The notes beneath the pieces are model-generated. The model was not told the DNA's origin. It worked only from the letters and a program-made list of their open reading frames with translations, and did not search any database. A stretch of DNA of 64,000 nt from Reclinomonas americana ATCC 50394 (Eukaryota), in NCBI GenBank assembly GCA_048213135.1, contig PS015009.1, positions 310,001 to 374,000 of the forward strand, in the 5' to 3' direction. Shown piece by piece: positions 38,057 to 48,217 of this stretch. The stretch's first letter is position 1; every line of letters starts with the position of its first letter. Position numbers and translations under genes: made by a program.

Positions 38057-39043
38057 CTATAAACCCAGCCAGGTCTTCGCATTGGCGGATAATAATTTCT
38101 CTTTCAGCACGGGGGTAAAATCCAGGGTTTCGATCATCTTCCCGGGGTGATGTTCACCTAAAGGGAAGGGATAGTCTGACCCCAGGCATATCTTATCTTC
38201 TCCCATCAGTTCCATAATAAAACGAAGCGCCTCCGGGTCGTGTACCAGTGAATCGATCCAGAAATGGCGGGCATAGTTACGTGGATTCACCGCGTTATCA
38301 ACCGCTACCAGGTCGGGCCGCACATTAAACCCGTGTTCAATCCTGCCAATCGTCAGCGGGAACGATCCTCCCCCATGTGCAAAGGCCACACGCAGGCGCG
38401 GGAAAGCTTCCAATACGCCGCCGAATATCATACTGCAAATGGCCCTGCTGGTTTCCGCGGGCATGCCTACCAGCCAGGGCAGCCAGTATTTCTGCATCTG
38501 CTGCTCACCCATCATTTCCCAGGGATGAACAAACAGCGCACACCCGAGTTCTTCGGCGCGTTTATAAAAGGGAAAGAATTTTTTATCAGATAAATTATCG
38601 CCATTGATATTACTGCCGATCTCCAGCCCCGGCATTTTCAGCTCCTGCACACAACGTTCCATTTCAGCAATGGCCAGGTCCACATCCTGCAACGGCACCG
38701 TACCTATGCCCATAAACCGGGAAGGATTACGGTCAACTGTTTCGGCAATGTGATCATTAAAGAAACGGGAGGTTTCCAGCCCGTCGGCCGGCTTTGCCCA
38801 GTAATTGAACAACACCGGTATGGTCGACAATACCTGCACCGTTACACCGGTTTCATCCATCTCCTTCATTCTTATATCCGCGTCAAAACAATTTTCTTCC
38901 ACCTCACGGAAAAGTTTGTCGCCCTTCATCATACAGGCCTTACAATTGCGGTGTTCCAGGTGAATAAAATCACCATACCCGAATTTTTTCACCCAGTTGG
39001 GCATGGTACCGGGCATGATGTGTGTATGTATATCAATCTTCAT
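38057..39043 (-). CDS. nbaD: 2-amino-3-carboxymuconate-6-semialdehyde decarboxylase (ACMSD)
   Basis: IDIHTH, LSTIPVLF.YW, FVHPW, WLVGMPAET, AHGGGSFP...GRI.HG, GSDYPFPLGE; cluster context. Confidence 0.9.
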   Translation of the reverse strand: MKIDIHTHIMPGTMPNWVKKFGYGDFIHLEHRNCKACMMKGDKLFREVEENCFDADIRMKEMDETGVTVQVLSTIPVLFNYWAKPADGLETSRFFNDHIAETVDRNPSRFMGIGTVPLQDVDLAIAEMERCVQELKMPGLEIGSNINGDNLSDKKFFPFYKRAEELGCALFVHPWEMMGEQQMQKYWLPWLVGMPAETSRAICSMIFGGVLEAFPRLRVAFAHGGGSFPLTIGRIEHGFNVRPDLVAVDNAVNPRNYARHFWIDSLVHDPEALRFIMELMGEDKICLGSDYPFPLGEHHPGKMIETLDFTPVLKEKLLSANAKTWLGL

Positions 39044-39095
39044 GTCTGCAAAAATAAAAAAGCGAAGTGGATGATCCGCTTCGCTCGTAAATAGT

Positions 39096-39620
39096 TTATC
39101 CTTTCCTGACGGGTGGCGCCATCACCGAGCCACATTTGGAACAGGTGCGTTTGTGCTCGTCGCTGTAAAACCCCTCCATTACGGGTGGCAGCTGGGTTAC
39201 AATATCGGTGATCACTTTATATTCTTCATACAATTTGTTACCGCAGTTTTCGCAATACCACAGAAAACCGTCCTCTTCCGTTTCTCTTACTTTTTCAATC
39301 ACCAGTCCCACTGTGTTGGGTCCACGTTGCGGTGAGTGCGGTGTTTTGGGCGGCAGCAGGAACATATCCCCTTCGTTAATGGGAATGTCTTTCTGCACCC
39401 CGTCATCGATAATTTTCAATACAATATTTCCTTCCAGCTGGTAATACAGTTCCTCGCTTTCATTGTAGTGATAATCTTTCCTGGAGTTGGGGCCGCCCAC
39501 TACCATCACAATAAAGTTTTCGGCATCTTTATACACACACTGGTTCCCTACCGGGGGTTTCAGCAGGTCGCGGTGGTCATCGATCCATTTCTTAAGGTTG
39601 AAGGGAGCTGTTACAGCCAT
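39096..39620 (-). CDS. nbaC: 3-hydroxyanthranilate 3,4-dioxygenase
   Basis: LKPPVGN, VGGPNSRKDYH, EE..YQ..G, PHSPQR, rubredoxin-like WYCENC...CSKCG. Confidence 0.95.
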   Translation of the reverse strand: MAVTAPFNLKKWIDDHRDLLKPPVGNQCVYKDAENFIVMVVGGPNSRKDYHYNESEELYYQLEGNIVLKIIDDGVQKDIPINEGDMFLLPPKTPHSPQRGPNTVGLVIEKVRETEEDGFLWYCENCGNKLYEEYKVITDIVTQLPPVMEGFYSDEHKRTCSKCGSVMAPPVRKG

Positions 39621-39793
39621 GGCAAACATTTTATACCGTAAGTTAGAAATTTTTGTGTTACCGGCATCAGGTCATTTCTCAGCAGTAGTGGCGTCGCACT
39701 CTTGTACCTTAGCAATTCCATCAACCTTTATCCCCGTATCTGGTATCCGGCATCCGATATCCGGTATCCATCGGAAATAATTACCTTTAACCC

Positions 39794-41251
39794 ATGGATC
39801 TTCAGGTTCCCTATCATCTCGAAAATTATATCGGCGGACATTTTATCGGTCCGCTCAGCGGCCAATTCATCAGCAATATCAACCCTGCCACCGGCGGGGA
39901 ATATGGCCAGGTACCCGACAGTAATACCAAAGACATAGACCTTGCCGTTGCAGCTGCTGCAAAAGCCTTCCCGCAATGGAGTGTTACGCCAACAGAAAAA
40001 AGGTTTGCGATACTCAACCGCATTGCCGACCTCATCGATACCCACCTGGATGAACTGGCGCTTGCCGAAACCAACGACAACGGTAAACCACTTTGGCTCA
40101 GCAAGAGTATGGACATTCCCCGCGCTTCTTCCAACTTCAGGTTCTTTGCCACGGCCATCATGCATTTTGCCAATGAAAGCCATGCGATGGAAGACAGGGG
40201 TTTTAATTATACCCTCCGTCAGCCCATCGGCATTGTAGGTTGCATATCACCCTGGAACCTGCCGCTTTATCTTTTTACCTGGAAGATAGCCCCGGCACTG
40301 GCTGCGGGCAACTGCGTCATCGCCAAGCCATCTGAAGTAACTCCCGTTACCGCTTTTCTTTTGGGTAAAATTTGCAAAGAAGCCGGACTGCCAGACGGCG
40401 TGCTGAACATCGTTCACGGTACCGGTCCTCATTGCGGAGAGGCGATTGTCGCCCATCCTTCCATTAAAGCCATTTCCTTTACCGGCAGCACCCGTGCGGG
40501 TGAACGCATTGCCGGCATCGCGGCACCCATGTTCAAAAAATTATCACTTGAGTTGGGCGGCAAAAATCCAACGGTCATTTTCGCGGATTGTGACTGGGAT
40601 AAGATGATGGAAACCACCGTACGTTCTGCTTTCAGCAACCAGGGACAGATCTGTCTCTGCGGCAGCCGGATATTAATTGAAGCAAGTATTTACGATAAAT
40701 TTAAAGCTGAATTTGTAACCCGGGTAAAAGAACTGCAGGTAGGCGATCCGCTCGAAGAAATGAACCGGCAGGGCGCACTGGTAAGCCAGCTGCATTTTGA
40801 TAAAGTGATGACCTGCATCGATACCGCGGTAAAAGAAGGCGGTACTATCCTCTGTGGCGGCAATGCCGTCAACCCCGGCGGACGCTGTGCCAACGGCTAT
40901 TTCATTGAGCCAACGGTAATAGAAGGACTTGGTCCGGGCTGCCAGACCAACCGTGAAGAAATATTCGGACCCGTGGTTACCCTGCAATCATTCAGCACAG
41001 AAGAAGAAGCCCTTCGACTGGCGAATGACAGTCATTACGGGCTGGCAGCCAGTATATGGACGAGCAATATTTCCAGAGCCAATCGTGTGGGCGCACAGGT
41101 GGAATGTGGCATCATTTGGGTAAACTGCTGGCTCGTCCGCGATCTGCGCACTCCCTTCGGTGGTATGAAAGACAGCGGCGTGGGAAGAGAAGGCGGATGG
41201 GATGCCCTTCGTTTTTTTACCGAAACCAAAAATATCTGCACGCAATTCTGA
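39794..41251 (+). CDS. 2-aminomuconate 6-semialdehyde dehydrogenase (ALDH8A1-like)
   Basis: ISPWNLPLYLFTWKIAPA, FTGST, ELGGKNP, NQGQICLCGSR, EEIFGPV; cluster context. Confidence 0.85.
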   Translation: MDLQVPYHLENYIGGHFIGPLSGQFISNINPATGGEYGQVPDSNTKDIDLAVAAAAKAFPQWSVTPTEKRFAILNRIADLIDTHLDELALAETNDNGKPLWLSKSMDIPRASSNFRFFATAIMHFANESHAMEDRGFNYTLRQPIGIVGCISPWNLPLYLFTWKIAPALAAGNCVIAKPSEVTPVTAFLLGKICKEAGLPDGVLNIVHGTGPHCGEAIVAHPSIKAISFTGSTRAGERIAGIAAPMFKKLSLELGGKNPTVIFADCDWDKMMETTVRSAFSNQGQICLCGSRILIEASIYDKFKAEFVTRVKELQVGDPLEEMNRQGALVSQLHFDKVMTCIDTAVKEGGTILCGGNAVNPGGRCANGYFIEPTVIEGLGPGCQTNREEIFGPVVTLQSFSTEEEALRLANDSHYGLAASIWTSNISRANRVGAQVECGIIWVNCWLVRDLRTPFGGMKDSGVGREGGWDALRFFTETKNICTQF

Positions 41252-41277
41252 CAACTCAATTCCCTGTTTGCAATCAT

Positions 41278-41694
41278 ATGAACGAGATCATCAAAACCAA
41301 TAACGCGGCGAAACCCCTGGGCGCTTATCCGCATGCCCGGCGTGTGGGCAACCTGCTTTTTCTTTCGGGTATCGGTCCGCGTAACGCGGCAGACAACAGC
41401 ATCCCCGGGTTGCAGCTCGATGCCAATGGAAATATTATTCAATACGATATAGAAGCGGAATGCCATTCTGTTTTCGCCAATGTAAAAGCCGTACTGGAAG
41501 CCAGTGGCGGCAGCTGGGACAAGATCGTGGACGTAACCGTTTTTCTCACCCATATGAAAAAGGACTTCCCGGTATATAACAAGATTTATGGAGAATATTT
41601 TAAGAACGTGGAAGCCTGCCGTACAACGGTGGAAGTGGTAAGTTTACCTACACCGATCGCGATTGAATTAAAAGTAATTGCTGTAATTGAATAG
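41278..41694 (+). CDS. RidA family protein, probable 2-aminomuconate deaminase
   Basis: GAYPHARRVGNLLFLSG.GPR, RTTVEV..LPTPIAIELK; lies between AMSDH and kynU. Confidence 0.85.
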   Translation: MNEIIKTNNAAKPLGAYPHARRVGNLLFLSGIGPRNAADNSIPGLQLDANGNIIQYDIEAECHSVFANVKAVLEASGGSWDKIVDVTVFLTHMKKDFPVYNKIYGEYFKNVEACRTTVEVVSLPTPIAIELKVIAVIE

Positions 41695-41769
41695 CAGAAA
41701 TATTTACGATTTACCATTCCCCATTTTGAGTACAATGGTAAACCGTAAACTATAAATCATAAGTAACAA

Positions 41770-43047
41770 ATGCCAAATAATTTCGAAAACACCCGCTCCT
41801 TTGCAGACCAGCTCGATGAACAGGATGAGCTGAAACACTTCAGGGACCAGTTTTATATCCCCATCATCAATGGACGGGAGGCTGTTTATCTTACTGGTAA
41901 CTCACTGGGCTTACAACCCAAAACCACGCAGGATGCTGTAGTGAATGAACTGGAAGACTGGGCCAATTTTGGCGTGGAAGGACATTTTCATGCCCGCCAG
42001 CCCTGGTTCAGTTATCATGAGATGTTCCCGCAATACCTCTCTCCTGTCGTTGGCGCATTGCCCGAAGAAATTGTGGTGATGAACCAACTGACCGTGAACC
42101 TTCATTTGCTCATGACCAGTTTCTACCGGCCCACAAAGGAAAGGTATAAGATCATCTGCGAAGCAAAAGCTTTTCCATCTGATCAATATGCCCTGGAATC
42201 GCAGGTAAAACTGCACGGGTATAACCCCGAAGACGCCATTGTGGAAGTAGCGCCACGTGAAGGAGAACATACCATCCGGCACGAGGATATTCTGACCGCC
42301 ATTGCTGCTCACGGTAACAGCACCGCACTCGTTATGTTTGGCGGCGTTAATTATTACAGCGGGCAGGTTTTCGATATGGCAGGTATTACCGCCGCTGCTC
42401 ACCAGGCGGGGGCTTATTGTGGCTTTGACCTTGCGCATGCTGCAGGCAACATCGAGCTGAAGCTGCACGACTGGAACGTGGACTTTGCCTGCTGGTGCAG
42501 TTATAAATACCTGAACAGCGGCCCCGGAGGCGTTGCCGGCGCTTATATTCACCAGCGCCATATCACCAACGCGGAGTTGCCCAGGCTGGCAGGTTGGTGG
42601 GGTTATGAAAAAGCCACCCGCTTCCAGATGCAGAAAGGATTCAACCCCATTCCTACTGCCGAAGGCTGGCAACTGAGCAATGCGCCTGTGTTAAGCATGG
42701 CGGCGCACAAAGCATCGCTTGATGTATTCGCGGATGCCAGTATGGACCGTCTCGTGAAAAAAGGACAACAGCTCAGTGATTATCTCCTCTTCATTCTGCA
42801 GGATATCAACAGCCAGGCGCAGGAGCGCATCATTGAAGTGATCACGCCTGCCACAGCAAAAGGATGCCAGGTAAGTATGCTGATGCTGAAAAAAGGAAGG
42901 GATGTATTTGACGCGTTGAAGCAGCACGGTGTGGTATCCGACTGGCGGGAACCCAATGTGATCCGCGTGGCACCGGTACCGTTGTACAACTCCTTCCGTG
43001 ATGTATTCACTTTCGGGCAGATCGTAAAAGCAATTGTAACACAATAA
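41770..43047 (+). CDS. kynU: Kynureninase
   Basis: YLTGNSLGLQP, MNQLTVNLH, FPSDQY, DLAHA.GN, WCSYKYLNSGPG, DWREP..IRVAPVPLYN. Confidence 0.96.
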   Translation: MPNNFENTRSFADQLDEQDELKHFRDQFYIPIINGREAVYLTGNSLGLQPKTTQDAVVNELEDWANFGVEGHFHARQPWFSYHEMFPQYLSPVVGALPEEIVVMNQLTVNLHLLMTSFYRPTKERYKIICEAKAFPSDQYALESQVKLHGYNPEDAIVEVAPREGEHTIRHEDILTAIAAHGNSTALVMFGGVNYYSGQVFDMAGITAAAHQAGAYCGFDLAHAAGNIELKLHDWNVDFACWCSYKYLNSGPGGVAGAYIHQRHITNAELPRLAGWWGYEKATRFQMQKGFNPIPTAEGWQLSNAPVLSMAAHKASLDVFADASMDRLVKKGQQLSDYLLFILQDINSQAQERIIEVITPATAKGCQVSMLMLKKGRDVFDALKQHGVVSDWREPNVIRVAPVPLYNSFRDVFTFGQIVKAIVTQ

Positions 43048-43067
43048 TTTTCGCATAACACCAGCAT

Positions 43068-44414
43068 ATGAAAAAAGAGGTCAGCATCATCGGCGCGGGA
43101 CTCGTGGGCTCCCTGCTCTCCATTTATCTTTCCAAACGTGGTTATAAGGTCAATGTATACGAACGCCGCGGCGATATGCGTAAAAGCGATGTGGCAGCCG
43201 GGCGCTCCATTAATCTGGCCCTGAGCGACAGGGGTATTCGTGCGCTGGAGGAAGTGGGCATCATGGAAGACATCAGGAACATCGCCATTCCCATGCACGG
43301 CAGGTACATCCATAATGCCGATGGCAGTACCGCCTTTCAGCCTTATGGTAAAGAAGGGCAGTTCATCAACTCCGTTTCCCGTGGCGAACTGAATAAAAAA
43401 CTGATGGACCTGGCCGAACAACATGGCGCCAACATACACTTCAATGAAAGGTGTGAAAAGATAGACTGGAAAAAGAACGAGATCCATTTTGAGAACGCGG
43501 AAGAAGATTCCACTTCCATTGTTCCTGCCGGACTTTGCTTTGGCAGCGACGGCGCCTATTCCGCCGCCCGGCTCACCCACCAGTTGCAGCACGATCGCAT
43601 GCAGTACCAGCAGTACTATATTGATTTTGGTTATAAGGAGCTGTGCATTCCTCCCGGGGGAAACGGCGAATTCCGTATGGAGAAGAACGCCCTGCACATA
43701 TGGCCACGCGGCAATTTCATGCTCATTGCCCTGCCCAATATTGATGGCAGTTTCACCTGTACCCTTTTCTTTCCTTTCGAAGGTCCCGTTTCTTTCGCCA
43801 GCCTGAACACAAAAGAAAAAGTAACTGATTTCTTCGCACAAACATTTGCGGATGCCGCAGCGCTGATGCCCACGCTGGAAGAAGATTTTTTTCATAACCC
43901 AACTTCTTCACTGGTAACGATCAAGTGTTTCCCCTGGATACGCGGCGACCACTTTGCCCTGATCGGTGATGCGGCACACGCCATTGTTCCTTTCTTCGGG
44001 CAGGGTATGAACTGCGGTTTTGAGGACTGCAGCGTATTGGATAAACTCATCGGTGAGCATGGCGAAGACTGGACAACCATACTGGCACAATACCAGCAGT
44101 TGCGCAAACCAGATGCCGACGCTATTGCTGAACTGGCGCTCGCTAATTTTATTGAGATGAGGGATAAGGTAGGTGATCCTGCATTCCTGCTCCAGAAAAA
44201 GATTGAAGCCGCTTTCAGTAAGAAATATCCCGGCAAATGGACACCCGCTTACAGCCAGGTTACTTTCAGTCCGGGTACCCGCTACAGCGAAGCCCTTACC
44301 AACAGCGCCCGCCAGGAAGCCATTATGCAACAGGTAATGGCATTGCCCGGTATTGAAAGCAAATGGGACAGCGAGGAGATAGAGCAAAAAATGCTGCAAC
44401 TTATAGACGTGTAA
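43068..44414 (+). CDS. kmo: Kynurenine 3-monooxygenase
   Basis: GAGLVG, GRSINLALSDRG, ALHIWPR, IALPN.DGSFT.TLF, GDAAHAIVPFFGQGMNCGFED. Confidence 0.95.
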   Translation: MKKEVSIIGAGLVGSLLSIYLSKRGYKVNVYERRGDMRKSDVAAGRSINLALSDRGIRALEEVGIMEDIRNIAIPMHGRYIHNADGSTAFQPYGKEGQFINSVSRGELNKKLMDLAEQHGANIHFNERCEKIDWKKNEIHFENAEEDSTSIVPAGLCFGSDGAYSAARLTHQLQHDRMQYQQYYIDFGYKELCIPPGGNGEFRMEKNALHIWPRGNFMLIALPNIDGSFTCTLFFPFEGPVSFASLNTKEKVTDFFAQTFADAAALMPTLEEDFFHNPTSSLVTIKCFPWIRGDHFALIGDAAHAIVPFFGQGMNCGFEDCSVLDKLIGEHGEDWTTILAQYQQLRKPDADAIAELALANFIEMRDKVGDPAFLLQKKIEAAFSKKYPGKWTPAYSQVTFSPGTRYSEALTNSARQEAIMQQVMALPGIESKWDSEEIEQKMLQLIDV

Positions 44415-44456
44415 ACAGTTTTTCAATTTTGACTTTTTACTTTTGAATTTCACCCC

Positions 44457-45092
44457 ATGTATTCTCTTCCTTATTTTAAAGAAAAAGATGAAGTCCTTGT
44501 GCTCGAATTCATGCGTTCGCATCCCTTCGCCATGATAACAGGATTTGATGGTGAACACCCCGTTGCCACACATATCCCCGTTGAAGTGGAATTTGATGAA
44601 GCAGGAAAAATGATCCTTCGCGGGCATATGATGCGCAAGACCGACCATCACCTGGCTTTTGAAAAAAACGATAAAGTGCTGGTGGTCTTCAACGGTCCGC
44701 ACTGCTATGTAAGTGCCAGCTGGTACGGCAATCCGCAAACCGGCAGCACCTGGAACTACATGACCGTTCATGCCAAAGGAACAATAAGTTTCACGGATGA
44801 AGCGGGTACCTATGAAGCCGTAAAACGCGTCACCAACTATTTTGAAGGCCCCGGGAAGGCCGGCTCTTTTGACCAGTTACCCGACTCTTATGTAATGCCC
44901 ATGCTGAAAGCCATCATCGGGTTCAGGATTGAGATTTCGGAACTCGACAATGTATTTAAACTGAGCCAGAACCGGGATGAACCTTCTTTCCTGAATATTA
45001 TTGACAAACTGAAAGAAAGGGGCGACCATGATTCTTCGCTCATCGCCGCGGAAATGGAAAAACGTACGGCTAAATTATTCGGTAAAGAGTAA
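44457..45092 (+). CDS. PaiB/FMN-binding split-barrel family protein
   Basis: ATH.P, GHM..., F.GPH.YVS.SWY, TWNY..VH..G, KLSQNR. Confidence 0.88.
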   Translation: MYSLPYFKEKDEVLVLEFMRSHPFAMITGFDGEHPVATHIPVEVEFDEAGKMILRGHMMRKTDHHLAFEKNDKVLVVFNGPHCYVSASWYGNPQTGSTWNYMTVHAKGTISFTDEAGTYEAVKRVTNYFEGPGKAGSFDQLPDSYVMPMLKAIIGFRIEISELDNVFKLSQNRDEPSFLNIIDKLKERGDHDSSLIAAEMEKRTAKLFGKE

Positions 45093-45113
45093 TGCAGGGT
45101 TTACCTTTGCAGC

Positions 45114-45950
45114 ATGACCAGGAAACAACTTGTTGAACAGGTACAACAAAAACGCTCTTACCTCTGCGTGGGACTGGATACCGACCTCGCCAAAATTCCC
45201 AAACACCTGCAGTCGCACCCCGACGCTATTTTTGAATTCAATAAAGCCATCATCGATGCTACACAGGACCTGTGCGTAGCCTATAAGATCAATACGGCAT
45301 TTTATGAGTCAATGGGCACCAAAGGCTGGGATATTATGGAACGCACCGCTCATTATATTCCCCAGCAATACCTGAAGATCGCCGACGCCAAAAGAGGCGA
45401 TATCGGCAATACCTCTTCACAATATGCCAAAGCATTTTTTGAAACCATGCCCTTTGATGCCATCACGGTAGCGCCTTATATGGGCGAAGACAGCGTAAGG
45501 CCTTTCCTGGAATATGAGAACAAATGGACGATCGTGCTGGGCCTCACCAGTAACCAGGGCGCCGCTGATTTTGAGATGCTGAAACTGGTTTCCGATAATG
45601 GTATTTCTTCCGAAAACCTGCGGGCCGAATTTTTGTACGAACATGTATTGCGTACTGTTTCAAAATGGGGTAATCCCGGCAACCTGATGTTTGTTACCGG
45701 CGCTACGCAGGCGAACGAATTTGAGAACATCAGGAGTATTATTCCCGATCATTTCTTACTGGTACCGGGCGTAGGCTTCCAGGGTGGCAGCCTGCAGGAT
45801 GTGAGCAAACACGGTATGAATAAAGACTGCGGCTTGCTGGTGAATGCCAGCCGGGCGATCATCTATGCCAGCGGAAAAGAAAATTTTGCCGAAGAAGCAA
45901 GAGCAATCGCTGTAGAATACCAAACAGAAATGAGTGGATACTTAAGCTGA
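45114..45950 (+). CDS. pyrF: Orotidine-5'-phosphate decarboxylase
   Basis: LCVGLD, YKIN.AFYE, DAKRGDIGNT, PYMG, LVPGVGFQGG, NASR. Confidence 0.96.
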   Translation: MTRKQLVEQVQQKRSYLCVGLDTDLAKIPKHLQSHPDAIFEFNKAIIDATQDLCVAYKINTAFYESMGTKGWDIMERTAHYIPQQYLKIADAKRGDIGNTSSQYAKAFFETMPFDAITVAPYMGEDSVRPFLEYENKWTIVLGLTSNQGAADFEMLKLVSDNGISSENLRAEFLYEHVLRTVSKWGNPGNLMFVTGATQANEFENIRSIIPDHFLLVPGVGFQGGSLQDVSKHGMNKDCGLLVNASRAIIYASGKENFAEEARAIAVEYQTEMSGYLS

Positions 45951-45997
45951 TGTAGCAATTTGATGATTTGAAAATGTGATGATTTGGAGATTGGTTA

Positions 45998-46621
45998 TCA
46001 CAGTAAGCTTTCCCCTATTTTACGACTTAATGTGTAAGCCCATTTGGCATATTCTTTCGCGGAAGGATGCAACCCGTCTCCCGCGAGGAATTCCGCATCA
46101 GCACCGTCTTTTCTTTGCGAAACAGTAATATCAATATAAGTCACTTTGTATTTAGCGGCTATCTTTTCACAAACAGCATTATAAGCGTCAATCTCTTTCG
46201 CGATGGTTTCCCTGTCGCGGCCCTCAGCAAACGGCGTTACACCCCAGTCGGGGATGCTGAGTATAAACACACCCGCAATTCCACGCCTGGAAAATTGGAT
46301 CGCCCTTTTCAAGAGTGCTTCAAACTCTGGTTCAAAATCATCTGTTGCCCGGCCCCGGTACTGGTTGTTCACACCAATAAGCAGCGAAACGATATCGTAT
46401 TGTTCCAGCAATAAGGTATGATCGATGGCATGCGTGAGTTCGTCGGTTGTCCAGCCCGTGGTGGCAACAATTTCAGGTGAGAAAAACTGCCGCTGCCGGC
46501 CTGCTGACCGCTCTTCATTGCGAAGCAGTTGTATAGTTTGATACGGGAAACTGCCTGCAACAGGCACCTGCTCCCCGATAGTATAACTGTCGCCCAGGGC
46601 GAGATAAGAAACCGGTGTCAT
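45998..46621 (-). CDS. SGNH/GDSL hydrolase
   Basis: LGDSYT, IGVNNQYRG, DGLHPS. Confidence 0.92.
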   Translation of the reverse strand: MTPVSYLALGDSYTIGEQVPVAGSFPYQTIQLLRNEERSAGRQRQFFSPEIVATTGWTTDELTHAIDHTLLLEQYDIVSLLIGVNNQYRGRATDDFEPEFEALLKRAIQFSRRGIAGVFILSIPDWGVTPFAEGRDRETIAKEIDAYNAVCEKIAAKYKVTYIDITVSQRKDGADAEFLAGDGLHPSAKEYAKWAYTLSRKIGESLL

Positions 46622-47049
46622 TATTCGCCCTCCTTTTTAGGTTTTCCTTTGGTGAAACTGCCAGATGGTTCGCCGTACCAGGGAACAATATCTACTTTAA
46701 ATAAACCGGCTGCAACAGCAGGATCAGTAGCTACATAACGTTCGGCATCCTCTTTTGTCGGGCAATCGAAAATAAAAATGCCTCTCCATTGCAGGTCATT
46801 CTTGCCAAATGGTCCTGCCACTTTGAGTATGCCATCATAATACAAACGATTGATATTATCCATATGCCCTTTGAAGAGTTTGGCTTTGGTGGCGGAGTCA
46901 AAATCCTGTTTGGGACCGGTTTTGATCATCACAAACCAGAACTGGGTGATTTTCTCTTCAGGCTTCTTTTCTTTTCCCTGCTGGGCGGATGCCGTGACGG
47001 CGAATGCGCCCAGGAGAAGCAGGAGCAGACAATACCGGGATATTTTCAT
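46621..47049 (-). CDS. YciI family protein, exported
   Basis: Signal peptide from MKISRY; GHM..I, AGPF, GIFIF, DPAV.AG. Confidence 0.8.
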   Translation of the reverse strand: MKISRYCLLLLLLGAFAVTASAQQGKEKKPEEKITQFWFVMIKTGPKQDFDSATKAKLFKGHMDNINRLYYDGILKVAGPFGKNDLQWRGIFIFDCPTKEDAERYVATDPAVAAGLFKVDIVPWYGEPSGSFTKGKPKKEGE

Positions 47050-47174
47050 GGCGTATGTTTTGTCTAAAATACAAAAAGGACTGTTAAGAGGTTCATGTGT
47101 TCTGAAATTTCCGTTGGGTGTACCGGGTATTTTTGTTTTCACACAGGAAACAGAGATACGGAGGACACAGAGAA

Positions 47175-47204
47175 AATACAAAGGCCCGTAAGGAATTACG
47201 GGCC
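47175..47204 (-). terminator. Probable terminator of the ECF operon
   Basis: GGCCCGTAA-ggaa-TTACGGGCC stem followed by a U-rich tract on the minus strand. Confidence 0.6.
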
Positions 47205-47231
47205 CGTGGTTTTTGGCTATACTATTTAAAA

Positions 47232-48215
47232 CTAAGCTTCTTTGCTTTTATTCTTGTTCTTCTCTTTTTCTTTCATGTCCTCAGCGCTGGCCTCTCCGAG
47301 AATGATCTTACCAAAGTTGGTTTTGGCCGTAATTTTGATGCTGCCACTTCCTGATTTACCCCAGTACCTGTGATCGAATTTCGGGCTGTTCCTGCCTTCG
47401 TCTTCATCATTATCAAATTTAACGTCGGTCGTATTTTTAAATGTACCGAAACTGGTAGATACATTATAAGAAGCAGGCAGATCACCGGAAGGCCTGATGT
47501 TTACAGTTGAGTAAGCGGCATCCAGGTCGAGTGATGTTACACTGTTGTCCACGTTCACTTTAGTAGAGTTGCAGAACTCGAATTTCAGCCTGGCCTTTCC
47601 CGATATCTTGCCAAATTCAGCTTTGGAGTACTTGATCAGCGCCATGGGATTGGTAAGGCTTTCAAATTTGGCTTTACCGAATTCCACCAGGATGTTTTTC
47701 GCATTGGCGATATCTCCTGTAGTGAGAGAACCGAATTTGCTTACGGCGTTGAACTCTCCTTTGTAATCAGGAACGATCATCGGGCCGAAATCATTAGCGG
47801 CGTATAACGTGCAGGTGGCGGGCATGTACACAGTGCAATTCACTTCCATGCTGGTCTTTTCGCCTTTGCTGTTGTTCACGCCTTTGATATTGGTACTGAA
47901 GGAAAGCTCTCCGCTTTGCTGTTTCTCGTTGATGGTGATACCATCCAGAATGGACTGGGCAACGGATTCCACGTTGGAGGACACTTCAATGGCCACATCC
48001 ACTTTCACTTCGTTCTTGTTCCAGGTTTTGATCTCCAGCGTACCGAAGGAGTTTTTCAGGTTCACCCTGTCGGACCCGGAAATGGAATAATTTTTATTGT
48101 ACGCTTTGGTCTTTACAAACTCGTACTTCGTTTTTTTGTCTTTGTCCTGCGCCATCAGGCTTACCTGCATAATCAGCAGTAACAGGAGTGCGGAAAATTG
48201 TTGTATTCTTTTCAT
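47232..48215 (-). CDS. Exported adhesin-like (DUF4097-like) protein
   Basis: Signal peptide; N.FG.....W.KNEV motif and repeated FG beta units; third gene of the ECF operon. Confidence 0.65.
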   Translation of the reverse strand: MKRIQQFSALLLLLIMQVSLMAQDKDKKTKYEFVKTKAYNKNYSISGSDRVNLKNSFGTLEIKTWNKNEVKVDVAIEVSSNVESVAQSILDGITINEKQQSGELSFSTNIKGVNNSKGEKTSMEVNCTVYMPATCTLYAANDFGPMIVPDYKGEFNAVSKFGSLTTGDIANAKNILVEFGKAKFESLTNPMALIKYSKAEFGKISGKARLKFEFCNSTKVNVDNSVTSLDLDAAYSTVNIRPSGDLPASYNVSTSFGTFKNTTDVKFDNDEDEGRNSPKFDHRYWGKSGSGSIKITAKTNFGKIILGEASAEDMKEKEKNKNKSKEA

Positions 48216-48217
48216 GG

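Noticed and set aside
41056-41277. Long N-terminal extension of the RidA ORF suggesting a fusion or frameshift with AMSDH
   Set aside because: AMSDH ends normally (KNICTQF*), and RidA has its own ATG at 41278 giving the usual family length.
42780-44771. 371-aa and 287-aa antisense ORFs
   Set aside because: Antisense to kynU, kmo and the PaiB-family gene; no motifs.
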